Origin: an uncultured delta proteobacterium
Lineage (GTDB): Bacteria; Desulfobacterota; Binatia; UBA9968
Assembly: GCA_963816145.1 (NCBI GenBank)
Contig: CAWFJP010000015.1
Coordinates: 165,940 to 229,939, forward strand
DNA length: 64,000 nt
Direction of reading: 5' to 3'
Shown here: positions 63,250 through 64,000 of the stretch, in pieces
Position numbering within the stretch: position 1 is the first letter of the stretch
Layout: each line of letters begins with the position of its first letter
The notes under the pieces: generated by a model
Databases searched by the model: none
Told to the model about the DNA's origin: nothing
Seen by the model: only the letters and a program-made list of their open reading frames with translations
Program-made: the position numbers and the translations under genes

Positions 63250-64000
63250 TCAGGGAAAACCCCTATGAGACTTCAAAACAGACAAGCCATCAAAGGGCCG
63301 TGAGTGGATGGCCGCTCCTCGCCCTCTTTTCACGAAACAACTTCCTTTCCTCCTGACAGAGGCTGATCGCCCGGCCGCGCAGTCTGAGGCTTGAAGGTGC
63401 CTCGGGACGGCAACCGCATTGTCGGCAGGAGCCACGCGTGAGCCGAATCGGCTTGCATAAACCTGGGTGAACTCCGCTCCGAAAAAAAGGATCTGCGAGG
63501 AATAATATACCCATAAGAGCAACACAATGAGTGAGCCTGCTGCGCCGTAGGAAGAGCTAACGCCGCTCTTTCCAAGATAAAGTCCCAGCACAAGCTTCCC
63601 AACCGTGAAGAGCACAGCGGTAATGAAGGCGCCGATCCATACGTCGTGCCACGCGATCTTGGCGTCAGGCAGGAACTTGAATATCATGGCGAAGAGCACT
63701 GTGATCAGCGCCAGCGACAGAATAGAGTTCACGATTTGGGCCAATGTCTCCATTCCCGGGACCGTCCCGCCTACGATCCTCCCCACAAGAGAGACGGCTG
63801 CCGTGAGAAGAAGGGAAACCAAGAGCAGGAAGCCAACCACCAGGAAAAAACCAAAGGAGAGGATTCGATCTTGGACAATGCCGAGGATGCCCCGCCCTTG
63901 CTTGGGTTGAACGCCCCAGATTGTGTTGAGCGAGGTCTGCAACTGCCCGAGAACTCCAGACGCTCCAAAAAGCAGTGTCACGACCCCGATTAAGGCCGCA
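63250..64000 (-). CDS. YihY/BrkB family protein (5' end outside window)
   Basis: LQTSLNTIW, FKFLPDAKIAWHDVW.GA, YGAAGSLIVLLLWVYYS. Confidence 0.9.
   Translation of the reverse strand, partial: AALIGVVTLLFGASGVLGQLQTSLNTIWGVQPKQGRGILGIVQDRILSFGFFLVVGFLLLVSLLLTAAVSLVGRIVGGTVPGMETLAQIVNSILSLALITVLFAMIFKFLPDAKIAWHDVWIGAFITAVLFTVGKLVLGLYLGKSGVSSSYGAAGSLIVLLLWVYYSSQILFFGAEFTQVYASRFGSRVAPADNAVAVPRHLQASDCAAGRSASVRRKGSCFVKRGRGAAIHSRPFDGLSVLKSHRGFP

Overview
Positions 1-47.4 kb look like one bacterial chromosome segment. The NitT/TauT-type SBP and gene style suggest a deltaproteobacterial/Binatia-like host (inference). It contains a core block (aroA-cmk-rpsA-sppA-ihfB-HIT-AAA ATPase-VWA) followed on the minus strand by an SOS mutagenesis operon split by two complete integrons. 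The order is: lexA (with a CTG-N10-CAG palindrome over its promoter), four-helix-bundle gene, intI-B, attI, a ~14 kb cassette array (~20 attC, 5 toxin-antitoxin pairs), imuA, imuB, a second four-helix-bundle gene, higA, intI-A, attI, and a ~14.5 kb more decayed array (~14 attC). Both integrases point towards their arrays and are co-oriented with them. Each four-helix-bundle gene is bracketed by inverted arrays of a 9-bp repeat (CGTTCAAnn/nnTTGAACG). The same repeat occurs as an empty palindrome upstream of lexA and in frame inside imuB. The arrays also hold a duplicated ORF-less compound attC hairpin with a compensatory base change, an internally deleted RAYT, a truncated tyrosine recombinase inserted at an attC, and cassettes shared between arrays. 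Beyond ~47.4 kb the content changes abruptly (hicBA, MFS, Fe-ADH, GlmU-like, histidine kinase, glgP, YciF, AI-2E, DUF3618, YihY) and frameshifts are frequent, suggesting sequencing indels and possibly joined fragments. All family calls are from motif recognition by eye; no searches were run.
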